Assembly: GCA_964479005.1 (NCBI GenBank)
Contig: CAYZJA010000001.1
Coordinates: 32,001-96,000 of the forward strand
DNA length: 64,000 nt
From: an uncultured Candidatus Saccharibacteria bacterium
GTDB lineage: Bacteria > Patescibacteriota > Minisyncoccia > UBA6257
Direction: 5' to 3'
Part shown: in pieces, positions 37,808 to 46,340 of the stretch
Numbering within the stretch: the first letter of the stretch is position 1
How the letters are laid out: each line of letters begins with the position of its first letter
Made by a program: the position numbers and the translations under genes
The notes under the pieces: generated by a model
Databases searched by the model: none
Seen by the model: only the letters and a program-made list of their open reading frames with translations
Told to the model about the DNA's origin: nothing

Positions 37808-38940
37808 CAAAAATCCTATTAGTAGAACCAAATTTTCCTATACCACCTAAAAGTAAAAATCATAGGGATTTTTTACCTATTGGATTATTAAAACTAGCAA
37901 ACTATCACAGAGGAAAGGGGGATAAAATTAAACTTGTTAGGGGAAATTATTATTTCCCCGATTTTTATCCCAGTCAGGTAAAAATAACTTCGCTTTTTAC
38001 ATATTGGTCTAATTATGTGTGGGAAAGTGTAAAATTCTACAAAGAAAACTATCCGAAAGCCAAAGTGATAGTTGGCGGCATTTATGCATCGTTAATGCCG
38101 GAGCATTGCAAAAAATCAGGTTGCGACGAAGTATTCATTGGAGTGGATAAGAACGCTGAAAAGTATGAACCAGCCTATGATTTGGTAAATGTAGATTACC
38201 AGATAATGCATACAAGCAGAGGTTGTATTAGAAGATGCAAGTTTTGCGGCACATGGAAGATAGAGCCGGAATTCAAATATAAAAAAAGCATAAAAGACGA
38301 GATTTGTAGCAATCGAATAATCTTTTATGATAATAATCTCTTAGCCAATCCTTATATAAAAAATATTTTTGAAGAGCTAAAGAATTCTAAATATAATGGC
38401 AGGGTTGTATATTCTGAAAGTCAATGTGGCATTGATGGTAGATTGCTTACGCCAAAACTAGCGAAATTGCTAAAACAAGCGAGATTTCTGAATCCGAGAA
38501 TTGCATGGGATCATAGTTATGGTCAGCGAAAAATGATAAAAAAACAAATTGATATGTTGGTAGATGTCGGTTATCCCGTTAAAGACATCTATATTTTCAT
38601 GATCTATAATTTTGAACAAGATTATTATGAAATGCTGAATAAACTTAGGCAATGCAAAAAATGGGGTGTCCAGATTGCGGATTGTAGATATCGACCCTTG
38701 GATCAAACTTTTGATAATTATAATCCTCGAATAAGCCAGACAAATAAAGATTATTATATTCATTCTAAATGGAGTGATAGGCAAATTAAACTTTTCAGAA
38801 AGAAAGTCAGACAACAGAATATTATGATAAGACATGGGTTTGATTTTTACAGTAAAGAGTTGGAAAGATTGGGGACGAAGAAAAGAAATAAAAAAAATAG
38901 TGTCAAATCTATCCTAAATAACCAAAAGGTCAAAAATTAA
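37804..38940 (+). CDS. B12-binding-domain radical SAM enzyme, translationally coupled to the upstream GHKL-HEPN gene
   Basis: ATGA overlap with the upstream stop; N-terminal B12-binding-like segment; radical SAM cluster motif SRGCIRRCKFCG (CxxxCxxC). Confidence 0.75.
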   Translation: MTKILLVEPNFPIPPKSKNHRDFLPIGLLKLANYHRGKGDKIKLVRGNYYFPDFYPSQVKITSLFTYWSNYVWESVKFYKENYPKAKVIVGGIYASLMPEHCKKSGCDEVFIGVDKNAEKYEPAYDLVNVDYQIMHTSRGCIRRCKFCGTWKIEPEFKYKKSIKDEICSNRIIFYDNNLLANPYIKNIFEELKNSKYNGRVVYSESQCGIDGRLLTPKLAKLLKQARFLNPRIAWDHSYGQRKMIKKQIDMLVDVGYPVKDIYIFMIYNFEQDYYEMLNKLRQCKKWGVQIADCRYRPLDQTFDNYNPRISQTNKDYYIHSKWSDRQIKLFRKKVRQQNIMIRHGFDFYSKELERLGTKKRNKKNSVKSILNNQKVKN

Positions 38941-38955
38941 TTGAAAAATAAAAAT
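38923..38955 (+). promoter_or_regulatory. Island 5' cassette motif copy; its 5' half encodes the C-terminus (QKVKN*) of the radical SAM gene
   Basis: CAAAAGGTCAAAAATTAATTGAAAAATAAAAAT, followed after 24 nt by the ATG at 38980. Confidence 0.55.
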
Positions 38956-38979
38956 TAGGAATAGAAGGCGGAAATTATT

Positions 38980-40296
38980 ATGGGAAAAGAAGAAACAAAA
39001 AAAGAAGAAATGAAACCATGTCCTTTATGTGGGACAATGCTTTTATATGATAAATGGTTACAAGTAGTAGGTGTATATGAAGAACAGCAGAAATATAAAA
39101 AACAATTGGAATTAGAATTAAGCAAAGCCAAAAAGCAAGAATTAAAGCTAAAAGAAGAATATAAAAAAATTCGTCAGAAAGAAAAAGAAATACGGACTCA
39201 GTACGCTCTTAAAAAATCAAAACTTAGCCAGCAGCATAAAACGCAATTAGAAAAACTCCAAAAAAGATTTGAAAAAGAAAAACGAAAAGTGCTGAATCAG
39301 GCTAAAAAGGAAGGCATTAAAATCGGTTTTGAGAAAGAACAAGCAAGATTAAAAAAGCTCAAACAACAACAAAAGAAGATCAAAAAGCAATTAGAAAGAC
39401 AAAAACAAATAGAATTAAAACGAATTTATCGTAAAGGAATTGGAATGGGGGAAGAAAAACAGAAAGCAAGAACAGAAAAAGTAAGTCTGATGGCTGAGAG
39501 ACGTCGTAAAGAAAGGGACAAAGCAATGGAGAAAGTAAAACAACTTGAGGAAATGATGAAACAAGGTACAACACCACAGATAGAAGGGTTTAATTTTGAG
39601 AAAGAGTTTGCTAAGCAACTCAAGCAAAAATTTCCAGAGGATGACATAAAGCCAACTGGACATAAGGGGGATATTATCCATACAGTTCAAGCAAAAGAGG
39701 AGAAAATTGGAAAAATTATCTATGAGTGCAAAAAAACTAAAGAATTCGAAAACAAATTTATTGAACAAATTCGACGAGATAAAACTAGAGTAATTGCAGA
39801 TTATGGAGTAATTGTTACTTGGACCACAAAAGAGAGTAAGCAGAATTTTTGGTTGGCGGGAGATATAATTATAGTTCATCCCTATGGGGCCTTAGATATA
39901 GCAACACTTCTCCGCGAAACACTGATACAAATGTATACACTTAAGTTATCAAGGGCAGAGTTTGAGACCAAGGGTAAAGCTATTCTTAAATTTATGCAAT
40001 CTGAGGAATTTAGAACAAGAATTCAAAATTCTATTGTTAAAAGCAGAGAAGCTTATGAATCTTTAAAGAAGGAGATTACAACGCATTTTAATACTTGGGA
40101 TAAGAGAGCCAAGATATACGAAAGTATCTATAAAAACACAAATATTATTCAGCGTACCGTTCAATACGTATTACTTTATAGTAAGATTCCTGAAAATTTA
40201 CCCGAAACAAAAGGACTTCCGCCACTCCAAATATTACCCAAAAAAGAATCAAAAGAGCAAGAAAAAGAGCAAAATGAACAAAACAGACAAAAATAA
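38980..40296 (+). CDS. Coiled-coil protein with a C-terminal PD-(D/E)xK nuclease-like domain (DUF2130-like architecture)
   Basis: N-terminal CPLCG Zn-ribbon-like motif; ~200 aa of K/E/Q coiled coil; GDIIHTV...KIIYECKK gives a D...ExK motif. Confidence 0.55.
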   Translation: MGKEETKKEEMKPCPLCGTMLLYDKWLQVVGVYEEQQKYKKQLELELSKAKKQELKLKEEYKKIRQKEKEIRTQYALKKSKLSQQHKTQLEKLQKRFEKEKRKVLNQAKKEGIKIGFEKEQARLKKLKQQQKKIKKQLERQKQIELKRIYRKGIGMGEEKQKARTEKVSLMAERRRKERDKAMEKVKQLEEMMKQGTTPQIEGFNFEKEFAKQLKQKFPEDDIKPTGHKGDIIHTVQAKEEKIGKIIYECKKTKEFENKFIEQIRRDKTRVIADYGVIVTWTTKESKQNFWLAGDIIIVHPYGALDIATLLRETLIQMYTLKLSRAEFETKGKAILKFMQSEEFRTRIQNSIVKSREAYESLKKEITTHFNTWDKRAKIYESIYKNTNIIQRTVQYVLLYSKIPENLPETKGLPPLQILPKKESKEQEKEQNEQNRQK

Positions 40297-40353
40297 CCAT
40301 TTTTTAGTATAAATTATCTATTTTAAATTTGTGGATTATATAATATTTGTGCC

Positions 40354-41310
40354 ATGGATGATTTATTTTTTCAAGACCAAAAAGACTATAATGAATTTAC
40401 AGTGTTTCAGGATGAAGCAGGATGTAAAGTCTCCAATTATTTTTATCATGGGTTTCTATTTATAGATAATAGATTTGGGAGAGAGATTCTTGATAGTTTA
40501 ATAAATATCAAAAAAGATGAGAATCATAGGTATACAGAAGTCCATTTTACAGATATTAAAGCTGGTAGTAATAAAGAATATGGATATAAGACAAAAATTG
40601 CTCTTGAATGGTTGAATCTAGCAAAAGGATGGTTGTTTAATAGAAAGATTAAATTTTATATTTTAGGAATTAATAAGAATAATTTAGGAAATTTTTGGAA
40701 TAATAATTGGCGATATGAAAAGAATATTTATTTACGATTTTTTGAATTAGGACTTAAGACATCTATGGGCTGGTTTGGGAATGATAAAAGGTTGATTAAA
40801 CCATTAAGAGCATCACATTTATTTTACGAATATGGAAAATATAATGATGACAGAAAGAATAAAGTAATTTGGTTAAGTAAATTCAATTTTGGAAATTTAT
40901 TAACTAATCAAAATATACAGCCAATTTTCTCTGATGAGAAAAAACAACAAAAACAAAATCCGCTACTTGCTGAATTCTCAAATTTAGACCAATTAACAGA
41001 TCTTATACTTGGCGTGACTAAATATAGTTTTATTAACATAAACCTAAAGCATATAGGAAAGCAGGAATGCATTGTTAGCTTTATTGATATAATAGAAAAA
41101 TTTAATAATCAAAAAACCGCTTTTAATACAAACGATGATTTTTATAAGAATTTTTGTCTTAGCTTTTTTCCTAAAAATGAGATAGATAAAAAAGATTTTT
41201 TGGAAAAGACTACAGATTACTATATTAAGACTATAGATAATTTTTACCCTGATAGATTTACATATAGGCAGCAATTAGCCAAAGACAAAAATTTAACACT
41301 TAATTTTTAA
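40354..41310 (+). CDS. Hypothetical protein, possibly DUF3800-like
   Basis: N-terminal FTVFQDEAG resembles the DUF3800 DExG start. No upstream cassette motif, so it is probably co-transcribed with 38980. Confidence 0.35.
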   Translation: MDDLFFQDQKDYNEFTVFQDEAGCKVSNYFYHGFLFIDNRFGREILDSLINIKKDENHRYTEVHFTDIKAGSNKEYGYKTKIALEWLNLAKGWLFNRKIKFYILGINKNNLGNFWNNNWRYEKNIYLRFFELGLKTSMGWFGNDKRLIKPLRASHLFYEYGKYNDDRKNKVIWLSKFNFGNLLTNQNIQPIFSDEKKQQKQNPLLAEFSNLDQLTDLILGVTKYSFININLKHIGKQECIVSFIDIIEKFNNQKTAFNTNDDFYKNFCLSFFPKNEIDKKDFLEKTTDYYIKTIDNFYPDRFTYRQQLAKDKNLTLNF

Positions 41311-41323
41311 AAACTGAACTTAG

Positions 41324-41367
41324 CAAAAGGTCAAAAATGAATTGAGAAATAATTTAATTATAAAAAT
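41324..41367 (+). promoter_or_regulatory. Island 5' cassette motif copy (variant)
   Basis: GCAAAAGGTCAAAAATGAATTGAGAAATAATTTAATTATAAAAAT-ATG. Confidence 0.5.
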
Positions 41368-41958
41368 ATGCCAAGAAGAAAAACATTGCTTGATGAAATA
41401 TTTTATATATTAGAGAGAATTAGTGTTGTATATGTAATAGCATTATTTTTTATTTGGTTTTCTGACAAAGAATTATTTTTTAAATTATTAGGATGGGGAC
41501 TCGCAATATTAGGTATTTTAATCGCAATTGTAATATTTACGAAAAGATCGAAGATTCATAAACGAAGTCAATTTGATACTGATAGGGAGTTACAGAAATG
41601 GCTAGGTGATTTGAAGCATTGGGAATTTGAAAATTACATTGGAGATTTATTTAATAAATTAGGATATAAAACTCGGGTTATTGGTGGATCATATGATGAA
41701 GGAATTGACGTTATTGCTGAGAAAAACGGAATAAAACATTATATCCAATGCAAAAAATATAGTAATAGTGTTGGGGTGAAGGATGTGAGAGAATTTTATG
41801 GAGCTTTATCTGATAAATTATCTAATGATAAAGCCTTTTTTATCACCACTAATTTTTTTACTGAAGGAGCTGAAAGATTTGTCGAAGACAAACCAATTGA
41901 ATTAGTTGATGGTAATCAACTCGTTAAATACATTCGCCTTGCCGAAAAATCTAACTAA
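41368..41958 (+). CDS. Membrane-anchored Mrr-cat restriction endonuclease-like protein
   Basis: Two N-terminal TM helices; Mrr_cat core FENYIGDLF...GGSYDEGIDVIAE...IQCKKY (D/ExK). Confidence 0.7.
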   Translation: MPRRKTLLDEIFYILERISVVYVIALFFIWFSDKELFFKLLGWGLAILGILIAIVIFTKRSKIHKRSQFDTDRELQKWLGDLKHWEFENYIGDLFNKLGYKTRVIGGSYDEGIDVIAEKNGIKHYIQCKKYSNSVGVKDVREFYGALSDKLSNDKAFFITTNFFTEGAERFVEDKPIELVDGNQLVKYIRLAEKSN

Positions 41959-41995
41959 AACGTCAAAAATTAATTGAAAAATGAAAAATAAAATT
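41955..41995 (+). promoter_or_regulatory. Island 5' cassette motif copy
   Basis: CTAAAACGTCAAAAATTAATTGAAAAATGAAAAATAAAATT; the ATG is 20 nt downstream. Confidence 0.5.
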
Positions 41996-42015
41996 TAGTC
42001 CGAAGTTGGATAATT

Positions 42016-42588
42016 ATGTTTAAAAATCTTTTGCTAAAAAACAAATCATTAAAAATTTTAATACTCATTAATGCCGTTTTTTTACTTGGAGCCAGTATGT
42101 TTCCTCCAATTTTTGCTTTGTTTGTAGAAGAAATAGGGGGAAATGCCTTTACTGCAGGAAGTATTTGGGCAACCTTTGCTATTGGGACAGGATTTTTAAT
42201 GCTGATTATCAGTCGTTATGGTGACAAACTGAAAGAGAGAGAATATTTAGTAGCAGCAGGCTATATTTTTAGATGTTTGGCTTGGTTAGGTTACTTTTTT
42301 GTTAATGCGCTTTGGCAGTTATATTTCTTGCAATTAATATTGGCTTTGGGTGAATCTTTTGGAACTCCCGCGTTTCTGGGTATATATTCTGAGCATTTAG
42401 ACAAAGGAAGACATATAAGACAGTGGGGAGTTTATACTTCTTTTACTATAATTATCGGAGGAGTTGCCGCCTTTCTGGGAGGGGCAATAGTTTCTCAATT
42501 CGGATTTAGGGTTCTTTTTCTTGTAATGACCTCTTTATCTGCTTTAGCTTTTTTTCTTTTGATTATTCAGCCTCGAAAACTGCTCTAA
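42016..42588 (+). CDS. MFS-transporter C-terminal half (6 TM); possibly a truncated gene
   Basis: Hydrophobicity pattern and the GxxxG-rich helices typical of MFS TM7-12. Only a half-transporter is present. Confidence 0.5.
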   Translation: MFKNLLLKNKSLKILILINAVFLLGASMFPPIFALFVEEIGGNAFTAGSIWATFAIGTGFLMLIISRYGDKLKEREYLVAAGYIFRCLAWLGYFFVNALWQLYFLQLILALGESFGTPAFLGIYSEHLDKGRHIRQWGVYTSFTIIIGGVAAFLGGAIVSQFGFRVLFLVMTSLSALAFFLLIIQPRKLL

Positions 42589-42661
42589 GGAAAAAGTCTG
42601 TCTTTTTTGGGCCATTCTTTCCTGGGCCATCAAATTTAGTTCGAAGTTGAGAAAATTTAAC

Positions 42662-42692
42662 CAAAAGGTCAAAAATTAATTGAAAATAAAAA
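42662..42692 (+). promoter_or_regulatory. Island 5' cassette motif copy
   Basis: CAAAAGGTCAAAAATTAATTGAAAATAAAAA-ATG. Confidence 0.55.
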
Positions 42693-43019
42693 ATGATTAA
42701 AAAACATAATAAGTTAATTCGGGATAGAATTTTGGAAATTATTGAGGCAAATAAAGAGAAGTCTTATTTTCGGATTCTAAATAAAAAAGAATATATTAAA
42801 GAGATAAAGAAGAAAATATTAGAAGAAGCTAAAGAATTAATTGAAGCCAAAAGCAAAAAGGAAGTTATTAATGAAATTGTTGATATTCAAGAATTAATTG
42901 ATGTTTTGATATCTGAAAGTGGTTTAACAAAATTACAGATTCAAAAACAGCAAGAAGTAAAAAATAAAAAGCGAGGCGGATTTAAAAAGCGACTATTTTT
43001 AATAAAGACAAAAAATTAA
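42693..43019 (+). CDS. Small MazG-like/PRA-PH-like nucleotide pyrophosphohydrolase (putative)
   Basis: N-terminal KLIRDRILEII resembles MazG-like NTP-PPases. All-alpha, 108 aa. Confidence 0.45.
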   Translation: MIKKHNKLIRDRILEIIEANKEKSYFRILNKKEYIKEIKKKILEEAKELIEAKSKKEVINEIVDIQELIDVLISESGLTKLQIQKQQEVKNKKRGGFKKRLFLIKTKN

Positions 43020-43092
43020 TCCTTCGACACGGTTCAGGACAAGTTGAGAAAAATAACTCAAAATTGAGAGGATTAAGAATTTTAGAAATTTG

Positions 43093-43875
43093 ATGAAAAT
43101 TAAGTTTATTAAAATCAAAGCAAAGCAAATTTTTACTAAAACTGGCATTCCAGGGGCAAAATGGGTCTTAAATCAGTATGTAGGATGTGAACATGCTTGT
43201 CCATATTGTTATGCTAAGTTTATGGGCAGATGGCGGCCGAAAAACTATGGAAAATGGGGAAACTGGGTTGAAGTAAAAGAAAATGCTTCTGAATTAGTAA
43301 AAGGCAAGTATGTAGATTCTTGGGTATATATGAGTTCTGTTTCTGATCCATACCAACCCATTGAAAAAAAATTAAAAATAACTCGTAAAGTTTTAGAAAA
43401 TTTAGATAAAAGAATTAAATTAGCTATTCTTACTAAGTCAGATTTAGTGTTACGAGATATAGATTTATTTAAGAAGTTTAAGAATATTGAGGTTGGGTTA
43501 ACTATAAATAGTTTTGATAGTTCTCTGAAGAAGGTTTTTGAGCCGTTTTCATCAAAAAACGAGGATAGAATAAAGGCTTTGAAAGTCCTTAAAGAGAATG
43601 GAATAAGAACTTATACTTTTATTAGCCCGATAATTCCTGGACTAATAAATTTAAAAGATGTAATTAGAAAAACTAAAAATTTGACTGATTATTATTGGTT
43701 CGAAATGATTAATATGAAACTAGCTGGTAGAGAATTTATCAAGATTTTGAGAAAAGAATCTCCCGAAAGTTTAGAAGTCGTTACTAATAAAAGGAAGTTT
43801 GAAAAGTTTGTAAAAGAATGTAAAAATATTATTAATTCAGAAGATATAAAGGTTAGAGGGATAGAGATTCACTAA
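43093..43875 (+). CDS. Radical SAM protein of the SplB/DNA-photolyase-like (COG1533) type
   Basis: VGCEHACPYCYA CxxxCxxC cluster close to the N-terminus, typical of the family. Confidence 0.7.
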   Translation: MKIKFIKIKAKQIFTKTGIPGAKWVLNQYVGCEHACPYCYAKFMGRWRPKNYGKWGNWVEVKENASELVKGKYVDSWVYMSSVSDPYQPIEKKLKITRKVLENLDKRIKLAILTKSDLVLRDIDLFKKFKNIEVGLTINSFDSSLKKVFEPFSSKNEDRIKALKVLKENGIRTYTFISPIIPGLINLKDVIRKTKNLTDYYWFEMINMKLAGREFIKILRKESPESLEVVTNKRKFEKFVKECKNIINSEDIKVRGIEIH

Positions 43876-43905
43876 AGGGTCAAAAATTAATTGAAAAATA
43901 AAAAT
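43874..43905 (+). promoter_or_regulatory. Island 5' cassette motif copy
   Basis: AAAGGGTCAAAAATTAATTGAAAAATAAAAAT-ATG. Confidence 0.55.
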
Positions 43906-44358
43906 ATGGCAATAAAATGGAACAAGATCGATTTTGATTTAGTTAAACGTCTTAGAGGATTGGCTGAATTATCTTGTAATAATGGAGATTATATAGGGGC
44001 CTTTGTTCTTCAGATGCTATTTTTGGAGGGTACGTTAGTGTTCATAGTTAAGAATTTATTAAATCAAAAAAGGGTAGACAAGGAATTATCTAATAAATTT
44101 TCTCAAGGATACCCAACATTCGCTTCTCTTATGGATTATTTTTTTCTGTTGACAACGAATCACGATATATTTAATAAGTTAAGAGATGTAAATAAACGTA
44201 GAAATAAAATAATTCATAATATTTTTGAATTTGAAACTTTTGATGCTCTCCAGCAAGAATCGCGAGAACTGTATTTAGAATCGCGGAAACTAGAAGTTGA
44301 TTTAATAGGTCAATACCTTAGTAAGTTTTTGAAAAATAAAAAATTAATTGAAAAATAA
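43906..44358 (+). CDS. Hypothetical protein with a possible HEPN-like Rx4H motif
   Basis: KRRNKIIHN near the C-terminal third. Start set at the ATG that follows the motif rather than the upstream TTG. Confidence 0.35.
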   Translation: MAIKWNKIDFDLVKRLRGLAELSCNNGDYIGAFVLQMLFLEGTLVFIVKNLLNQKRVDKELSNKFSQGYPTFASLMDYFFLLTTNHDIFNKLRDVNKRRNKIIHNIFEFETFDALQQESRELYLESRKLEVDLIGQYLSKFLKNKKLIEK

Positions 44359-44362
44359 GATT

Positions 44363-44935
44363 ATGGAGAGTAAAGCTTATATTAATTTTCGCGCTCAAGT
44401 ACATAAACAAAGCATAGATGTTTTAATGCGTATTTTCGGTGATTTAATATCTAAAAATATAAAAGATGTGACTTTAATTGTTTCTTCATCTGGTGGACAA
44501 GTTCAACCAGCTCTTGATTTTTATGATTTTGCAAAAGGATTACCAATAACTATCGCCACGTATACTATTGGACAGGTTGCTTCTGCGGCTATCGTAATCT
44601 ATTGTGTAGCTGAAAAGCGATATACGCATAGCCGAAGTAAATTCCTAATTCATGGTATTCGTGGGGATGTAAAAGGTTTCTCTATTAAGGATATGAAAGA
44701 AAAGATAATGCCAAATTTAACAGATCAAAGTAATAAGATTGCGGAAATTATTGCCGAAGCAACAAAAAAGAATAAATCAGATGTTGAAAAAGATATGACC
44801 GAAGAGAAAGAATTAAGTGCAGAAAAAGCGATCAAGTATGGTTTAGTTACCGCTAGTGTCGATGATCAACCCATTAAAATGATAGGAGATCCAGTAATAA
44901 CTATTGGTGATGATCTTTTCAAAGATAAACGATAG
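44363..44935 (+). CDS. ClpP-family serine peptidase paralog
   Basis: ClpP-like blocks SSSGGQVQPALDFYDF, GQVASAAIVIY (Ser), LIHGI (His). A partial cassette motif is encoded in the last codons of the upstream gene (KKLIEK*). Confidence 0.6.
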   Translation: MESKAYINFRAQVHKQSIDVLMRIFGDLISKNIKDVTLIVSSSGGQVQPALDFYDFAKGLPITIATYTIGQVASAAIVIYCVAEKRYTHSRSKFLIHGIRGDVKGFSIKDMKEKIMPNLTDQSNKIAEIIAEATKKNKSDVEKDMTEEKELSAEKAIKYGLVTASVDDQPIKMIGDPVITIGDDLFKDKR

Positions 44936-44967
44936 AAAAGCTAAAACAAGAGTCAATTTTATTTTTA

Positions 44968-44999
44968 ACAAAAGGTCAAAAATTAATTAATAAAAAAAT
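44968..44999 (+). promoter_or_regulatory. Island 5' cassette motif copy
   Basis: ACAAAAGGTCAAAAATTAATTAATAAAAAAAT-ATG. Confidence 0.55.
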
Positions 45000-46259
45000 A
45001 TGTATAAAAAAATTATATTAATTGGAATAATATTTGTTTTGTTTGCAGGTATAGCTGTTGCTGCAGTATTGTTCCTTTTTCCTTATGAGCCAAATGAGCC
45101 ACCTCAAGCAGATAATACTGGTTCAACAGAACAAGGGATACAAGATGTAGTTAATGCAAATAATCAATTTGCTTTTGATCTTTATTCTGAATTAGATAAA
45201 TCTGAAGATGGAAATATGTTTTATTCTCCATACAGTATCTCTGCAGCTTTGGCAATGACTTATGAAGGCGCAGAAGGGCAGACAGCAGATGAAATAAAAT
45301 CAGTTTTTCATTTCCCAGAAGATAATATTTTAAGACCTAATTTTGCTGCTATTTATAATGATATTAATAAAGAAAATGGAGATTATGAGTTGAAAACCGG
45401 AAATGCTTTATGGGTTCAAAAAGATTATTCTTTTTTACAAGAATATATAAGCAGAGTTGAAAACTATTATGGCGGAAAAGCGGCAATTTTAGATTTTAAG
45501 AAAGAAACCGAAAAATCAAGGCAAACTATTAATAGTTTTATAGAAGAACAGACTAATGACAAAATTAAGGATTTAATTCCTAAAGGTTATCTTGATGAGA
45601 TGACAAGACTTGTTTTAACCAACGCAATCTATTTTAAAGGCATTTGGGAATGGGAATTTGATAAAGATGATACTCGTGACGGAATTTTTAGGATAACTCC
45701 TGATAATACTGTAGAGACTTCTATGATGCACATGAATCCTGAAGAGGCAAAATTTAATTATGCCGAAACAGAAGATTTGCAGATATTGGAATTACCATAC
45801 AAAGGTGACAAAATTTCAATGCTGATACTTTTGCCAACTGAAAATCTTGATGTAATAGAATCTTCTCTGACAACAGAAAAATTAAATGGATACAAATCTC
45901 AGATGAAAGAAACAAAACTAGATTCAATATCGCTTCCTAAATTTGAATTTGACACAAAATATTTTATGAAAGATACTTTGATTTCTTTAGGGATGCCAAC
46001 AGCTTTTTCAGAAAATGCTGATTTTTCTGGAATGACTGGCAAAAAGGATTTATTCATTAGTCATGTTATTCATCAAGCGTATGTTGGTGTTGACGAAGAG
46101 GGAACAGAAGCAGCTGCTGCAACTGCTGTGGTTATGACGATGTCAGCAGTTCTGCAAAGAAAAGTATTCAATGCGGATCATCCATTTATATTTCTAATAC
46201 AAGAGAAAGACACTGGAAATATTTTATTCTTCGGCAGAGTAGTTGATCCAACAAAATAA
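45000..46259 (+). CDS. Serpin (serine protease inhibitor) with an N-terminal signal/anchor
   Basis: FSPYSISAALAMTYEGAEG, NAIYFKGIWEWEFD, hinge EEGTEAAAATAVVM, C-terminal HPFIFLI. Confidence 0.9.
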   Translation: MYKKIILIGIIFVLFAGIAVAAVLFLFPYEPNEPPQADNTGSTEQGIQDVVNANNQFAFDLYSELDKSEDGNMFYSPYSISAALAMTYEGAEGQTADEIKSVFHFPEDNILRPNFAAIYNDINKENGDYELKTGNALWVQKDYSFLQEYISRVENYYGGKAAILDFKKETEKSRQTINSFIEEQTNDKIKDLIPKGYLDEMTRLVLTNAIYFKGIWEWEFDKDDTRDGIFRITPDNTVETSMMHMNPEEAKFNYAETEDLQILELPYKGDKISMLILLPTENLDVIESSLTTEKLNGYKSQMKETKLDSISLPKFEFDTKYFMKDTLISLGMPTAFSENADFSGMTGKKDLFISHVIHQAYVGVDEEGTEAAAATAVVMTMSAVLQRKVFNADHPFIFLIQEKDTGNILFFGRVVDPTK

Positions 46260-46340
46260 AGGAGAACTGTTCTCCTTTATTTTGTTAAGCAGAAATTAAT
46301 CCTTCGGCAAACTCAGGACAAATTAAAAAATAGAAAATAA

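Noticed and set aside
43090-43092. TTG start codons proposed by the ORF track for several island genes (43090, 43891, 44348, 50194).
   Set aside because: In each case an in-frame ATG lies a few codons downstream, exactly at the end of the conserved cassette motif. The ATG starts were used instead.
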